From the NCBI RefSeq assembly GCF_009914755.1, contig NC_060940.1: DNA of 64,000 bases. One strand, 5' to 3'. Source of the stretch: the human T2T-CHM13v2.0 reference genome, Homo sapiens. The number at the start of each line of letters is the position of its first letter. Position 1 is the stretch's first letter. Made by a program: the position numbers and the translations under genes. Below, piece by piece: positions 26,018-38,200 of the stretch. The notes beneath the pieces were generated by a model, which was not told the origin of the DNA, searched no databases, and saw nothing but the letters and a program-made list of their open reading frames with translations.

Positions 26018-26038
26018 TTCAGCACCATGGACAGCAGC
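26018..26038 (+). promoter_or_regulatory. RE1/NRSE (REST/NRSF binding site)
   Basis: TTCAGCACCATGGACAGCAGC versus consensus TTCAGCACCACGGACAGCGCC, canonical spacing. Confidence 0.9.
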
Positions 26039-26539
26039 CGCTGCAGCACTGCCCGCCCTGCGTCCACACCTCCTGGCCCGCCAGGGGCTGGCATCTGCGG
26101 TGCACTGGAGCTGGGCCCCTTGGAGGGCCCCCCCAGGTCCTGAGAGCTGAGGGGCTTCTGTGGACCTTGGTGTGAGCCACCATGGCCACAGGCGGTGCCC
26201 ATGTGGGAAGGGGAGCGCTTACTGCCGCAGAAAGGAGGCTGGGGGGCTGCCTTTGTTCCAGGGTCCCGAGGGAAGTGGCGGTGTGCAACAGGAAGCCTGT
26301 AGGGGTGAGAAAAGCTGTTCTCCTCCCGGAGACTGAGGAGCTGGTGTCCCTGAAGCGTCCTGGGCGGGACTGGTTTTCTTCATGGGTGCCAGCTGGGGAG
26401 GCCCAGCCCCTGGCAGGGCTTCAGGAGTAGGAAGGGGGCTTAGCACCTGCCCAGCCCCTCAGAAGTGCACAGGCTTGGAGATGTGAGGAAGGGGAGGTGG
26501 CCAGGCTGTGCTGGACCTGGCAGGTGCCCTGAAGAGTGT

Positions 26540-26541
<2 letters not shown>

Positions 26542-26581
<40 letters not shown>

Positions 26582-26868
26582 ATATGGGGTCTTGCTCCGT
26601 CACCCAGCCTGGAGTGCAGTGGCACGATCGTGGCTCACTGTAGCTTCCACCTCCTGGGGTCAAGCGATCCTCCCACTTCAGCCTCCCCGAGTAGCTGCCA
26701 CCACACCCCAAAATTTAATTTTTTTGTTAAATATTTGTTAAATATTTTGTAGCAATGGGGTCTCACTGTGTTGCCCAGGCTGGTCTCAGACTCCTGGGTT
26801 CCAAATGATCCTCCTGCCTCAGCCTCCCAAAGTGCTGGGATTATGGGTGTGAACCACCGGGCCCAGCC
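26542..26868 (-). mobile_element. Alu (AluJ-like) with long poly-T
   Basis: T run 26542-26580 then GGGTCTTGCTCCGTCACCCAG..TCAAGCGATCCTCCCACTTCAGCC..CCCAAAGTGCTGGGATTA. Confidence 0.93.
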
Positions 26869-27972
26869 TGAGAGCACTGATTATAGAGTGTGGGGCTGAG
26901 GGACAGGATGGGTACTGTGCCTGAGGAGTATTTCAACAGACAGGGCCCCACCACCGAGGGGGTCTTCAGCCCTGTTCCCCTGTTCAGGCCTCTCTCTGGG
27001 GGGTTTTCATCGTTACGAGCCCCTGGCTCGTGAGCCCAGTCCAGTGGGGGCTGCCTGGGGAACATGTCATCCAGGCCAGACTCCAGGGGCTGGAGAAGGA
27101 CAATGTGGTCCCCACAACCTTGGTCTGTCAGAAAAGAGGAGAATCACTGAGGTCCTGGGGCTTGGTCCAGGGAGATGAAGGAGGGAGGGTGAGTGGGTGC
27201 ATTGCTGCTGGTTGGGCCTCAGGGTCTGGTGGAGGCTCCCTGCCTGAGGGAGACCCCGTAGCCAAGACCACCTCACTGCGCCACTGCCCGGCCCTTCCCT
27301 GGCTGGGTTCCCTGACCGTTCTGCCGCCCTGCAGCCAGCAGGCCCCCTCCCAGGGCTGTTCCCGGCTACGTTGGCCTGCTTCTCCGACCCGCAGTGGAAA
27401 TTGATTCTAATTTATAGAAGTTGATTTGAAATCTAAAGGAATTTTTAATTAAAACCCAGAAAATCCATCTGTATGATTAAGCCTCCAGAAGTCACCAGGC
27501 TCCGTGCGACACAGCCGGCAGACACTGCCTGTCCTCAGCTGCCCACAGAAGTGTGACACATGAGGGCCAGCCTGCTCAGCCCAGAGCTGCCCGAGCCCCT
27601 GCTGGCCTGTGCGGGATGTGGGACCTCGGCTGACTGCTCCCCTCTCTAGGCAGAGCCCCAGGGGGGCACTGGGACCTGGTACATCTGGCAGTCCCTCTCC
27701 AGGGCAGGGAGGGCTGGTGGCTGGGGTGTGACCCGGTTGGGAGGCGCGCAATACGCCTGCCTGTCACGTCCTCTGTCGTGAGAGGCCTCCTTGGGGCCCC
27801 CCAGACCCTGCTATACCACCGTCCCCTCCAGAGCTGCCCCACAGGCACAGGGGTGGGGTCCTTGCCATTGGAGGAGCTCTCTGGGATTGTGGGGCTAATT
27901 TTGGGTGGGTGCTGGGGGAAGGGGAGGCAGAGGATCTACGATGGGTAGGGGCCCTGCAGACCCAAGAGCTGG

Positions 27973-29070
27973 GACCCGTCAGGCTGGCCTGGCTGTGTGG
28001 CCTCAGGCACACTCGGGGTCTCTCTGACCCAGCAGGCTGGCCTGGCTGTGTGGCCTCAGGCACACTCGGGGTTTCGCTGACCCAGCATGCTGGCCTGGTT
28101 GTGTGGCCTCAGGCACACTCGGGGTTTCGGTGACCCAGCAGGCTGCCCTGGCTGTGTGGCCTCAGGCACACTCGGGGTCTCTGACCCAGCAGGCTGGCCT
28201 GGCTGTGTGGCCTCAGGCACACTCGGGGTCTCTCTGACTCAGCAGGCTGGCCTGGCTGTGTGGCCTCAGGCACACTCGGGGTCTCTCTGACTCAGCAGGC
28301 TGGCCTGGCTGTGTGGCCTCAGGCACACTCGGGGTCTCTCTTACTCAGCAGGCTGGCCTGGCTGTGTGGCCTCAGGCACACTCGGGGTCTCTGACCCAGC
28401 AGGCTGGCCTGGCTGTGTGGCCTCAGGCACACTCGGGGTCTCTCTTACTCAGCAGGCTGGCCTGGCTGTGTGGCCTCCGGCACACTCGGGGTCTCTGACC
28501 CAGCAGGCTGGCCTGGCTGTGTGGCCTCAGGCACACTCGGGGTTTCGGTGACCCAGCAGGCTGGCCTGGCTGTGTGGCCTCAGGCACACTCAGGGTTTTG
28601 GTGACCCAGCAGGCTGGCCTGGCTGTGTGGCCTCAGGCACACTTGGGGTCTCTGACCCAGTAGGCTGGCCTGGCTGTGTGGCCTCAGGCACACTCGGGGT
28701 CTCTGACCCAGCAGGCTGGCCTGGCTGTGTGGCCTCAGGCACACTCGGGGTTTCGGTGACCCAGCAGGCTGGCCTGGTTGTGTGGCCTCAGGCACACTCA
28801 GGGTTTTGGTGACCCAGCAGGCTGGCCTGGCTGTGTGGCCTCAGGCACACTCGGGGTCTCTGACCCAGTAGGCTGGCCTGGCTGTGTGGCCTCAGGCACA
28901 CTCGGGGTCTCTGACCCAGCAGGCTGGCCTGGCTGTGTGGCCTCAGGCACACTCGGGGTTTCGGTGACCCAGCAGGCTGGCCTGGTTGTGTGGCCTCAGG
29001 CACACTCAGGGTTTTGGTGACCCAGCAGGCTGGCCTGGCTGTGTGACCTCAGGCACACTCGGGGTCTCTG
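27973..29070. repeat. VNTR, 51-53 bp unit, ~21 copies
   Basis: GACCCAGCAGGCTGGCCTGGCTGTGTGGCCTCAGGCACACTCGGGGTCTCT repeated. Confidence 0.97.
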
Positions 29071-31935
29071 CGAGCCGTCACCTGTGCAGCACCGCAGGTC
29101 CGGGAGATTTGGGGTTCCATTGTCGCCAGGCTTAGCTCGGGAGGCCGTCTGCAGCTGGCGTGCCTGCAGGCCCAACCTTGCCCCTCTATGGTCTTCTGCT
29201 GTGTGTGTGATTTTGGCGGAGGGGGATGCACCTGGATGGGAGGGGCTCACTGGAGCCACACCCCTGCTTGGAAAAGACAGCACCCCATCCCCCACTAAAC
29301 CAGACGGTCCGAGAGGTCGGGGAGGGGCACCCAGGCCCCCTCCTGGCTTCCCTCGCTGCCAGTCACAAAGGCTTGGGGTGGGTCTCAGTGGCATGGCAGA
29401 GGGGGCAAAGGTGTCCAGGTAGGACCCTGGCCTGGGGACCCCTAGTCAGCTGTCTTTGAGGAGTTGCTAGGCACTGGGTGCCACCCACCCCTGCCAGCCC
29501 CTCTGCCGTGGGCAGCTTTCATGGTGACTGGCACTGATGGGCCCTGGGCTCTGACACCATCCACTCCACTCTGCTGGCTGGACAGTCTTAGAGATGGCTG
29601 GTCAGGGGTGCTGGCCCCTTCCCTTCTGTCCCCATTGGGCCCTCCGCCTCAGGGTCTGGGCCGGGTCTAGAAGTCAGCATTCCCCTCAGTGCCAGGAAGG
29701 CCATGCCGTAGCTTTAGCTCAAAGTCCTGAGCTGGCTAGGGTGGCAGGAACTGCCAGGGTCAGGCAAGTGGCTGGGGGCCAGCTGGGGTACAGGGAGGGT
29801 GTGAAAGGCCTTGTGTCCAGGTAGCCCCCTAGCCTAGGGCACCCTCTGCTCCAGCCTGGACATTTCTGGGGGGTCTCCGGGGTGATCTGAGAGCAAACAT
29901 GGGGCAGGCCTGGGAGAAATCGGGCAATGGCTGGAGACATCTGGAGGCGGGTCTCAGCCCTCAGTCCTGGAGTCCAGGGGTGGCTGGAAATTGCCTGCTT
30001 TGGTAGTGGAATGTGTGTGTGCTGGTTGGGAGCCGGCCCAACTTGAAGGAGAGTGTGGAGAGAGGAGACAGAAAGGCGGTCCGAGGCACCCACAGGACAA
30101 GCAGTCCCACCACCCCCCATTGGGTAGATGGGTAAACTGAGGCCTGGGATGCCCTGTGCCCAGGGAGAGGCAGTGCCACCTACAAGACCCCTGGCTCAGC
30201 CAGGCTGGGGTAGAGTGCCGTGGGGGCTCAGGTCAGGGAGCACCGTTCCCCACACCTGCCTGCTGTGTCCTGTTTGGGCCGGGTGTCTTTGAGCTCCTCC
30301 CCGCCAGCCTGTTCCGTTTACCCAAGAAAACCCCTCCCCTCGGGAAATGATGGCCCTCAGAGATGCACAAAGACAGTCCCCAGCCACCCCCGCAGAAAGG
30401 TGCTATTTGCGGCAGTTAGGGGACAAAGGTGCCCGAGGCTGGGGGCGGAGCCGCCATCCACCATCGCTCCCTTGCACTAGTGCCGGGTCAGGAGGCTGGG
30501 AGAGGCCAAGGGGCCTGGCACGGCTTCCACAGCAGGGCCTCGGCTCCTGCCCCCACCACCTTGACCAAGGCACGCAAACCCCACCCCCACCTCGTCCAGC
30601 AAGGACTGTGCTCTGAGGCTTGCCGTGAAGGCGCTCACACACTCTGGCCGCTGGGGTCGCAGTGGGTGCGTCATCGGTAGGCGGCAGTGCGTGCTGTGGC
30701 CTTGCCCACCTATGGGACAGCGCGTGGCTGTGCCAGCATGCCAGCTGCCTTGGCGGGAGGCTGATTTCGGCTTTCTTGCAGCAGTGTTACAGCAGAGGCG
30801 CCTGTTACCGCTGAACCCATTAAGTGTAATTACCGCACTCTTGGTGGGAATATGTAATTACATTGGTGGCCTGGAGCCGTGGCACTGGCATCAAATGCTG
30901 ACCTGCTAGGAGGCTGGGCCCTGGCTTGGTGGGAGGGAGGGTTCCAGGATGAGCTGCTGGGGTCCCTGGGGGAGGGGCTCCAGGCTGGAGTGACAGGTGG
31001 GGGCAGGGAAGGCCCTCGTCACCAAGCCTGTTCCCCTCCTACCGTGGCAGCTGCCCTTCCTGTGATCCCTGAGAGTTTGAGACACTCAGACCCTGACCCC
31101 AGTGCTGCACGCAGCACCCAGGACCTCCGCTGTAGTGAGCGTGGCCCGTGTTGGGCAGGGGGCGCTGCTGCCACCATCATCCGGGTCCCAAGCAGGCCTG
31201 CCAGGGGTGAGGGGGAGCCGTGGGCGCTGAGGCCTGTGGTCTGCGCCAGGTGGGTGCTGGGAAGGGCGGCCCCCGAGAGTCAAGCACAGGCCCAAGTCCA
31301 GAGCCAGGGGTGGGGGCGGCCACCGGGCTGCCCCTGAATCAGCTGTGAGAGGATGCCCAGCTCTGTCTCCTCCTCGGTTCCCACGTGTTGGTGACGGCAG
31401 GGACTGTCAGAGCTGGTGCCTGACTTCCCAAGGCTGTTCGCTGACAAGTTGGTGCTTTCCAAATGCCGGCTTCTACCTTAAGGAAGGTCCCTCCTGGGTC
31501 CACAGTCAGCTGACGGATTGCCTCTCCCTCCTTCCTCTGGTTCCCTGGTCAGGGTGGGGCCGCGCAGCCCTGGGACAGGGGCCCTGGAAAGTCTGCCCCG
31601 AGTTGTGCCACCGTCCAGGCCTGGAGGGTGGGACGGGGAGTCCTGTCCGGTGGGTTGCATGGCGGTGCCCCGACATTCCCCCTGCCCTGGGGCCCTCCCA
31701 GTTGCACAGGGTGCCCTGCCTACAGCCCCCCAGCGCGGGAGCCCTATGCAACCTGGGCCCCATGTGGGCAGCTAGGTCCTGGGAGTCTGAGTGGCCCTCA
31801 CTGGGGCCTCACTACCGATGCGGCCAGCCCACCGAGGGCTCCTGCACCCCGCTTTCCTGATGAGCCAACGCCGAGGGCCAGGGGGCCGGGCCTGGGACCC
31901 TCACGGAGCAGAGCCCGGCCAGGCGCAGGCCCCAG

Positions 31936-31950
31936 GCGCCACCTGGTGGC
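31936..31950 (-). promoter_or_regulatory. CTCF core motif
   Basis: Minus strand reads GCCACCAGGTGGCGC, matching CCASYAGRKGGCRC. Confidence 0.6.
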
Positions 31951-32097
31951 TGCTTTCAGGAGGGGCGGCCGTCGGTCCCGAGTCCCCCACCCCATCCTGG
32001 ACACCCCCACGCGCGCACACCCATGGCGGGGCACCGGCTGACCGGGTGGGCATTTGGAGGGCCCCATGGGAGCGGGTCCCGGGCCGCGCCGGTGTGC

Positions 32098-32117
32098 TCC
32101 TTAACCCGCGGCGACAC
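32098..32117 (+). promoter_or_regulatory. U12-type (minor spliceosome) branch point TCCTTAAC and AC 3' splice site
   Basis: Exact TCCTTAAC at 32098-32105, AC at 32116-32117, no nearby AG or polypyrimidine tract; the phase fits CC|A TGG (Pro-Trp). Confidence 0.9.
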
Positions 32118-32229
32118 ATGGTTCGAGCACGTGAGCATGCTGGTAATCATGCTCAACTGCGTGACCCTGGGCATGTTCCGGCCCTGTGAGGACGTTGAGT
32201 GCGGCTCCGAGCGCTGCAACATCCTGGAG
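32118..32229 (+). CDS. CACNA1H: CACNA1H exon 3 (IS1: [18 protein letters not shown]...NILE)
   Basis: Acceptor ...gacAC|atgg with U12 branch point; donor GAG|gtgagg; 112 nt. Confidence 0.93.
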
Positions 32230-35200
32230 GTGAGGGGCGTGGGTCGGGGTGGGGAAGGAGCGTGGGTCGCTACGAGGTTTATGGTTCAAGGCGGAGTGGG
32301 GCGGGGGCGGGGCAAGGTTCAAGGTGGGGCGTGGAGTGGGTCAGGGTCGGGGATCAGGGCGAGGTTCACGGCGGGGCGCGAGGTGGGGCTGGGGGTGGGG
32401 CAGGGCGAGAGGCGAGGTTCAAGGCGAGGCAGGGCTCAATTCCTGGGGCTCAGGGCGGGGCAGGGGCGGGGCGAGGGGTGTGGCAAGACTGGGGGCCGGG
32501 CTCTTGCGGGGCTGGGGTTGGGGGTTGTGGGCTGAGCTGAGCTGTTCCACGGGCCCTCCTGATGCCTCCTCCCGCAGGCCTTTGACGCCTTCATTTTCGC
32601 CTTTTTTGCGGTGGAGATGGTCATCAAGATGGTGGCCTTGGGGCTGTTCGGGCAGAAGTGTTACCTGGGTGACACGTGGAACAGGCTGGATTTCTTCATC
32701 GTCGTGGCGGGGTAGGCCCCGCCTGGGAGAGGCCACAGCGCTGGCGAAGGGGCCCCGCCCACCCCACAGGGATCCCTGTGTCCCACCTGTAAAGAAAAAT
32801 GGGAGGTGTGTTCTAGAGGGATCCAGGTAGAGCCAGGGACCCTGTCTGGGACTCCGGAGACCCTCCCTCCTGGGCACAGGTGAGGGAGGTGGCCTCCTGA
32901 TGTGACCAAGCGTTGTGCTCCTGCTACCTCGGGGCCCTTCCTGGCCAGTACAAGGTCCTCCGGGTGCCGGGCTGGCCGGTTCTATGCCTGCCCACCCTAC
33001 TTTGCACCCCAGCCCCACCCTGGACCACCTGGGCTCCTTGTTGAGCTGCTCCCCCTCGGCCCCGCCCCCAGCATGATGGAGTACTCGTTGGACGGACACA
33101 ACGTGAGCCTCTCGGCTATCAGGACCGTGCGGGTGCTGCGGCCCCTCCGCGCCATCAACCGCGTGCCTAGTAAGTGACCGGCCCCGACTGGGCTTGAGAT
33201 CAACAGGCTTGCGTGTCCGCCAGCCCTGCAGAGCTCTCAAAAGGGCCCCCAGGAGCACAGGACTGGGAAATGAAGGTTACCAGGCACTCCGGCCCCAGCC
33301 CAGACCCCAGCAGTGGGGTGGCCCCTGCCGCTATCCGTGGGCCTTGCATGTCAGGGGAGAATCAAGCTGCGGTGTGGTGGGCAGTCAGCATTCACAGGGT
33401 CCCTGGCTCCCACACGGCCGAGTGACAGGGGCCACTCCGAACCTCCGGTTCCTTCTCTGCATGGCATCTGGGGCAAGGCTGGAGGCCGAGCAGATCCCTG
33501 GTGGCTTTGCTGTCTGGCGCATCCTGGTGTGGCTCGTGGTGGAGACACTCTTGTGGGTGTGGCTCAGCTCACCTGGGGGCTCTGTGAAGCCCCGCCTTCA
33601 CACCCACACAAGTGAGGGGAGAGCCTGACACCTGTCCTGAGGACACCTCGCTCTCCCCACCCGCCACTGCTTCTGGCCCCTACTCTCCTGCCAGGATCCC
33701 CACCTAAGGAAAGGGGAAGTTGGCTGGCCAGGGCTGGGCCTCCGTGTCCCCTGCTGAGCAGCTGATTTTCTAGAAGGAAGGCTGGAAATCCTTCAGGATT
33801 TGGCCAGCAGGTGTGAGGAGGGGGCCTGGTGGAGAGGAGCTGCTGTGTGTCTGCTGTGCGCTGGGTGTGAGGGGAGGCGGAGGAAGAGCTTCCGGGAAGT
33901 CATATGCCTGCTTGTTTGGGAAACATCCTGTCAAATCCGGGCCACCCACCTGCATCAGGGGATGGGGTGGGATCGTTCTTTAAGCACTCAGGGCTACATT
34001 CAACTGCTCTGGTTCCTGGGGGTCGGCGCGGCCCCCACGAGGCCGTACCAGGCGCGAGTGCATACTGCGTGTAGATGTGGCCCCGTGTGTGCACGTGCGG
34101 GTGTAACACAGCCTTTCTGGCTGCCTGACCTGGGTCCTGGTGGCCTTGGCACTCAGGGCTTGACCTGCAGCAACCCCCCAAAGTCACAGACCCCCAAGGC
34201 TAGGCACTCCTTCCCATGGGGCCTCTGGCTTCCCGAAGGGCAGGTGGGTCATCCTCGTGCCGCTGGTCCCTGAGCCTGCCTTCCACCTGCCTGCCTTGGC
34301 TCTACTGTGTGGCTCAGATAGGGCTTGAATACTGTGTGACTCTGAGCAACTAGCTGAGCCTGAACCTCAGTTTCTCCTGGAATAGTGCAGTACAGGAGTA
34401 ACCATGACCCCAAGGGTGGCTGAGCGTGCGGTGAGGGGACGCGTGTGTGGCTCTTGGCCCTTTGCCCGGCACCCACTGTACGCTCAGTCTGCACGCCGGC
34501 CTGGCCCCACCTGTTGAAGCGTGAAGCAACCCAGCACACACAGCCCCTTCCTTCCATGGATGTTTACTTTTCAGGTTAAATTGCCAGAGTGGCCCTAATT
34601 GTCGCCAGCAGCCTGGCCTCCTGGGGATCTGCTCCTGTCTCTAGGAGAGAACTAGGGAACTCTTCCAGACTGGATAATACGCTTCTCATAATGAGGACAC
34701 GCTCAGGGCTGCATCCCGTTCTGTTGGCTAGGGGTCCACTCTGACCTCTGGATCATCTGTGATCTTTGAGGCGGTTGCGGTCTGGCCAGGGCAGTGCTCA
34801 CTGATTGTCTGCTCCGGTCGGCTCTTTTGACACTTCAGTGCTCCTCCTGGCTCTGACTCACCCTTGTGACCTGAGGGGCCCGTTTTGCCATTGATACCCC
34901 TGGGTGCTGGGTGAGAACTCAGCGTCCCCAGGTTCCTGGCCCAGGGCTTTACCTGCTGCCTTAGCCTGGCCCTTGATTAAATTTGAGGGAAAGGACGTCT
35001 TGGGGGAGCAGGCCCAGGATGGAGCGAGGGGCGCGTGGGGCTTGGCTGACCCACTTGCTGGATTAATCTGGAGTTCACGTAGCCCATAGCACCCAGGACC
35101 GATGGCTTCAGTGCTACCTCCTGAAAAGCCGCTGCCGGTCCTCCCCACCGCCTCCAGCAGCCTCTCTCTGAGATGGGGCTCTGTTCTGGCAGGATTCTCA

Positions 35201-38200
35201 CTGGGAATCAGACAAAGTTTTCAGGATCCCAGACCTGCTGCAGAGACCCCCAGGAGGCAGCCCACCACCTGAGGTTCTGGGGCTCCCAAGGCTCCTGCTG
35301 CCTTGGTGGCAACTTCAGGGTGTCGCCAGACAAGCCTCGAGGGCCACTGGGCTCCGCCTGGTCATCCCGAGCCCGAGATGCCACGTGGTCAGACCTGCCG
35401 CAGCCAGTTCCCTGCCTCGGCCAGTCCCCTGCCTCCACTCCTGCCCCTCCACACCCCAGCCCTCCAAAAGCAGCAGACCTGCTGCCCTGGGATGGTTGGA
35501 GGTGGAGACCTGGCGCCCCCCTGGATGCACGTCAGACCCCAGGGTGTCAGTGTCCCTGGAGGCCGGTGGTGGTAGGAGGGGAGTCCCGATCACACTAGGG
35601 GTGCGGGAAAATCACCAGGGGGTGGCCCGAGTCAGTGTGCAGTGGGCGTGGACACCCACTGTGAACAGTGGACGGGGCTCGGGGGTCCCGGGAGGGGCTG
35701 CAGCCCCGAGGACACTCCTGCAGGGCTTAGCAGTGCCAATCCTGGCCCTGCTGCCCACAGGCATGCGGATCCTGGTCACTCTGCTGCTGGATACGCTGCC
35801 CATGCTCGGGAACGTCCTTCTGCTGTGCTTCTTCGTCTTCTTCATTTTCGGCATCGTTGGCGTCCAGCTCTGGGCTGGCCTCCTGCGGAACCGCTGCTTC
35901 CTGGACAGTGCCTTTGTCAGGTGCCCAGGCCCCACCCCCGTGAGGCCCCTGCCCAGATGGCCCTGCCCACCATGCAGATAACGCACCATGTGGCTCCACC
36001 GCCCCACGTGGCTCTGCCCACCGTGCAGTCACCCGCCCCGCCACTGCTGTCCCCGTCATGGCTCCGTCCACCATGCTGTCTCCCGCCCCCACCCCCCATC
36101 ATGGCTCCGCCCAGCTGGCAGTCACCGCCCCACATGGCTCCGCCCACGGTGCAGTCGCTGCACATATGCCCCACCCCCCACCATGGCTCCGCCCACTGCG
36201 CAGTCGCTGCACATATGCCCCACCCCCCACCATGGCTCCGCCCACCGCGCAGTCGCTGCACATATGCCCCACCCCCATCATGGCTCCGCCCACCGTGCGG
36301 TCGCTGCACATATGCCCCACCCCCATCATGGCTCCACCCACCGTGCGGTCGCTGCACATATGACCCACCCCCCACCATGGCTCCGCCCACCGCGCAGTCG
36401 CTGCACATATGCCCCACCCCCATCATGGCTCCGCCCACCGTGCGGTCGCTGCACATATGCCCCACCCCCATCATGGCTCCGCCCACCGTGCGGTCGCTGC
36501 ACATATGCCCCACCCCGATCATGGCTCCGCCCACCGTGCGGTCGCTGCACATATGCCCCACCCCCATCATGGCTCCGCCCACCGTGCAGTCGCTGCACAT
36601 ATGCCCCACCCCCCACCATGGCTCCGCCCACCGTGCGGTCGCTGCACATATGCCCCACCCCCATCATGGCTCCGCCCACCGTGCGGTCGCTGCACATATG
36701 CCCCACCCCCCACCATGGCTCCGCCCACCGCGCGGTCGCTGCACATATGCCCCACCCCCATCATGGCTCCGCCCACCGTGCGGTCGCTGCACATATGCCC
36801 CACCCCCATCATGGCTCCGCCCACCGTGCGGTCGCTGCACATATGCCCCACCCCCATCATGGCTCCGCCCACCGTGCGGTCGCTGCACATATGCCCCACC
36901 CCCATCATGGCTCCGCCCACCGTGCGGTCGCTGCACATATGTCCCACCCCCAGTGCTGCCACCTCTCAGCCCCCAAGACAGGTTAGTCCCAACACTTCAT
37001 CCCCTCCCCACACCCCAGAGTCCGTCACACCTTACCCCAGGGTCTCCCCTCGGCCCTTGCTCTGTAGTCTCTCCTCAGCCCTCACCCCGGGGTCCCCTCA
37101 ACCGTCACCCCGGGTTCTCCCCTCAATTCTCACCCTCGAGTCTCCCCTCAGCCTTCACCCCAGGGTCCCCTGAGCCCACACCCCGGGGTTCCCTGCCCTC
37201 AGCCCTCACCCCTGGATCCTCTCAGCCCTCACCCCAGGGCTGCCTCCTTTCCCTCACCCCAGGCTTCCCTCCCCTCGTCCCTTGCCCTTTGCCCCTCATC
37301 CGCTTCCAGGAGTTGCTGAGGTCTGAGCCTGGGTTTCTGGCTCTTGGGTCTCCCTCCCTGTTTGTCTGTGCTGTTCTTTGTTGATTTCTCTGTCCATCCC
37401 TGTTCTTTGTGTGTTTGTCTCTGTGGACTTGGGCTGAGGAGAGTGTGGTTTCTGCAGCACCACTGTGTTCTTGACCCTGGTCCTGGCTGTGTCCCCTGAT
37501 CCGGGTCTTGACCCTCAGTCCTATCATGCCCCCTGACCCTAACCGTGCCTCCCTAACCATGATTAGTCCACTGGCCCTGACCCTGATCACGTCCCTGACC
37601 TTGATCACGTCCCTGATCACAATCGTGCCCCCGACTCTGACCGTCCCTGACCCTGATTGTACCTTTTGGCCCTGGCTGTGCCCATCCCCAGGAACAACAA
37701 CCTGACCTTCCTGCGGCCGTACTACCAGACGGAGGAGGGCGAGGAGAACCCGTTCATCTGCTCCTCACGCCGAGACAACGGCATGCAGAAGTGCTCGCAC
37801 ATCCCCGGCCGCCGCGAGCTGCGCATGCCCTGCACCCTGGGCTGGGAGGCCTACACGCAGCCGCAGGCCGAGGGGGTGGGCGCTGCACGCAACGCCTGCA
37901 TCAACTGGAACCAGTACTACAACGTGTGCCGCTCGGGTGACTCCAACCCCCACAACGGTGCCATCAACTTCGACAACATCGGCTACGCCTGGATCGCCAT
38001 CTTCCAGGTGGGCGGCAAGATGGTGGGACGGGGACCCTGGGGCACGGCAGGGGAGCGGGTGCAGGACTCGCCCCCCCCAGCCCAGACCCCAGGGGCACGG
38101 GGAGGAGGAGGAGGGGTCGTGCGGGCCCAAGTCAAGCCACTGCCCCCCCAGGTGATCACGCTGGAAGGCTGGGTGGACATCATGTACTACGTCATGGACG

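Noticed and set aside
27973-29070. CRISPR-like regular repeats (also 20228-23330 and 36133-36952)
   Set aside because: Units are contiguous with no unique spacers, there are no cas genes, and the context is a eukaryotic intron.
35642-37384. 580-aa plus-strand ORF and overlapping ORFs
   Set aside because: Out of frame with exon 6 and produced by the 48-bp VNTR.
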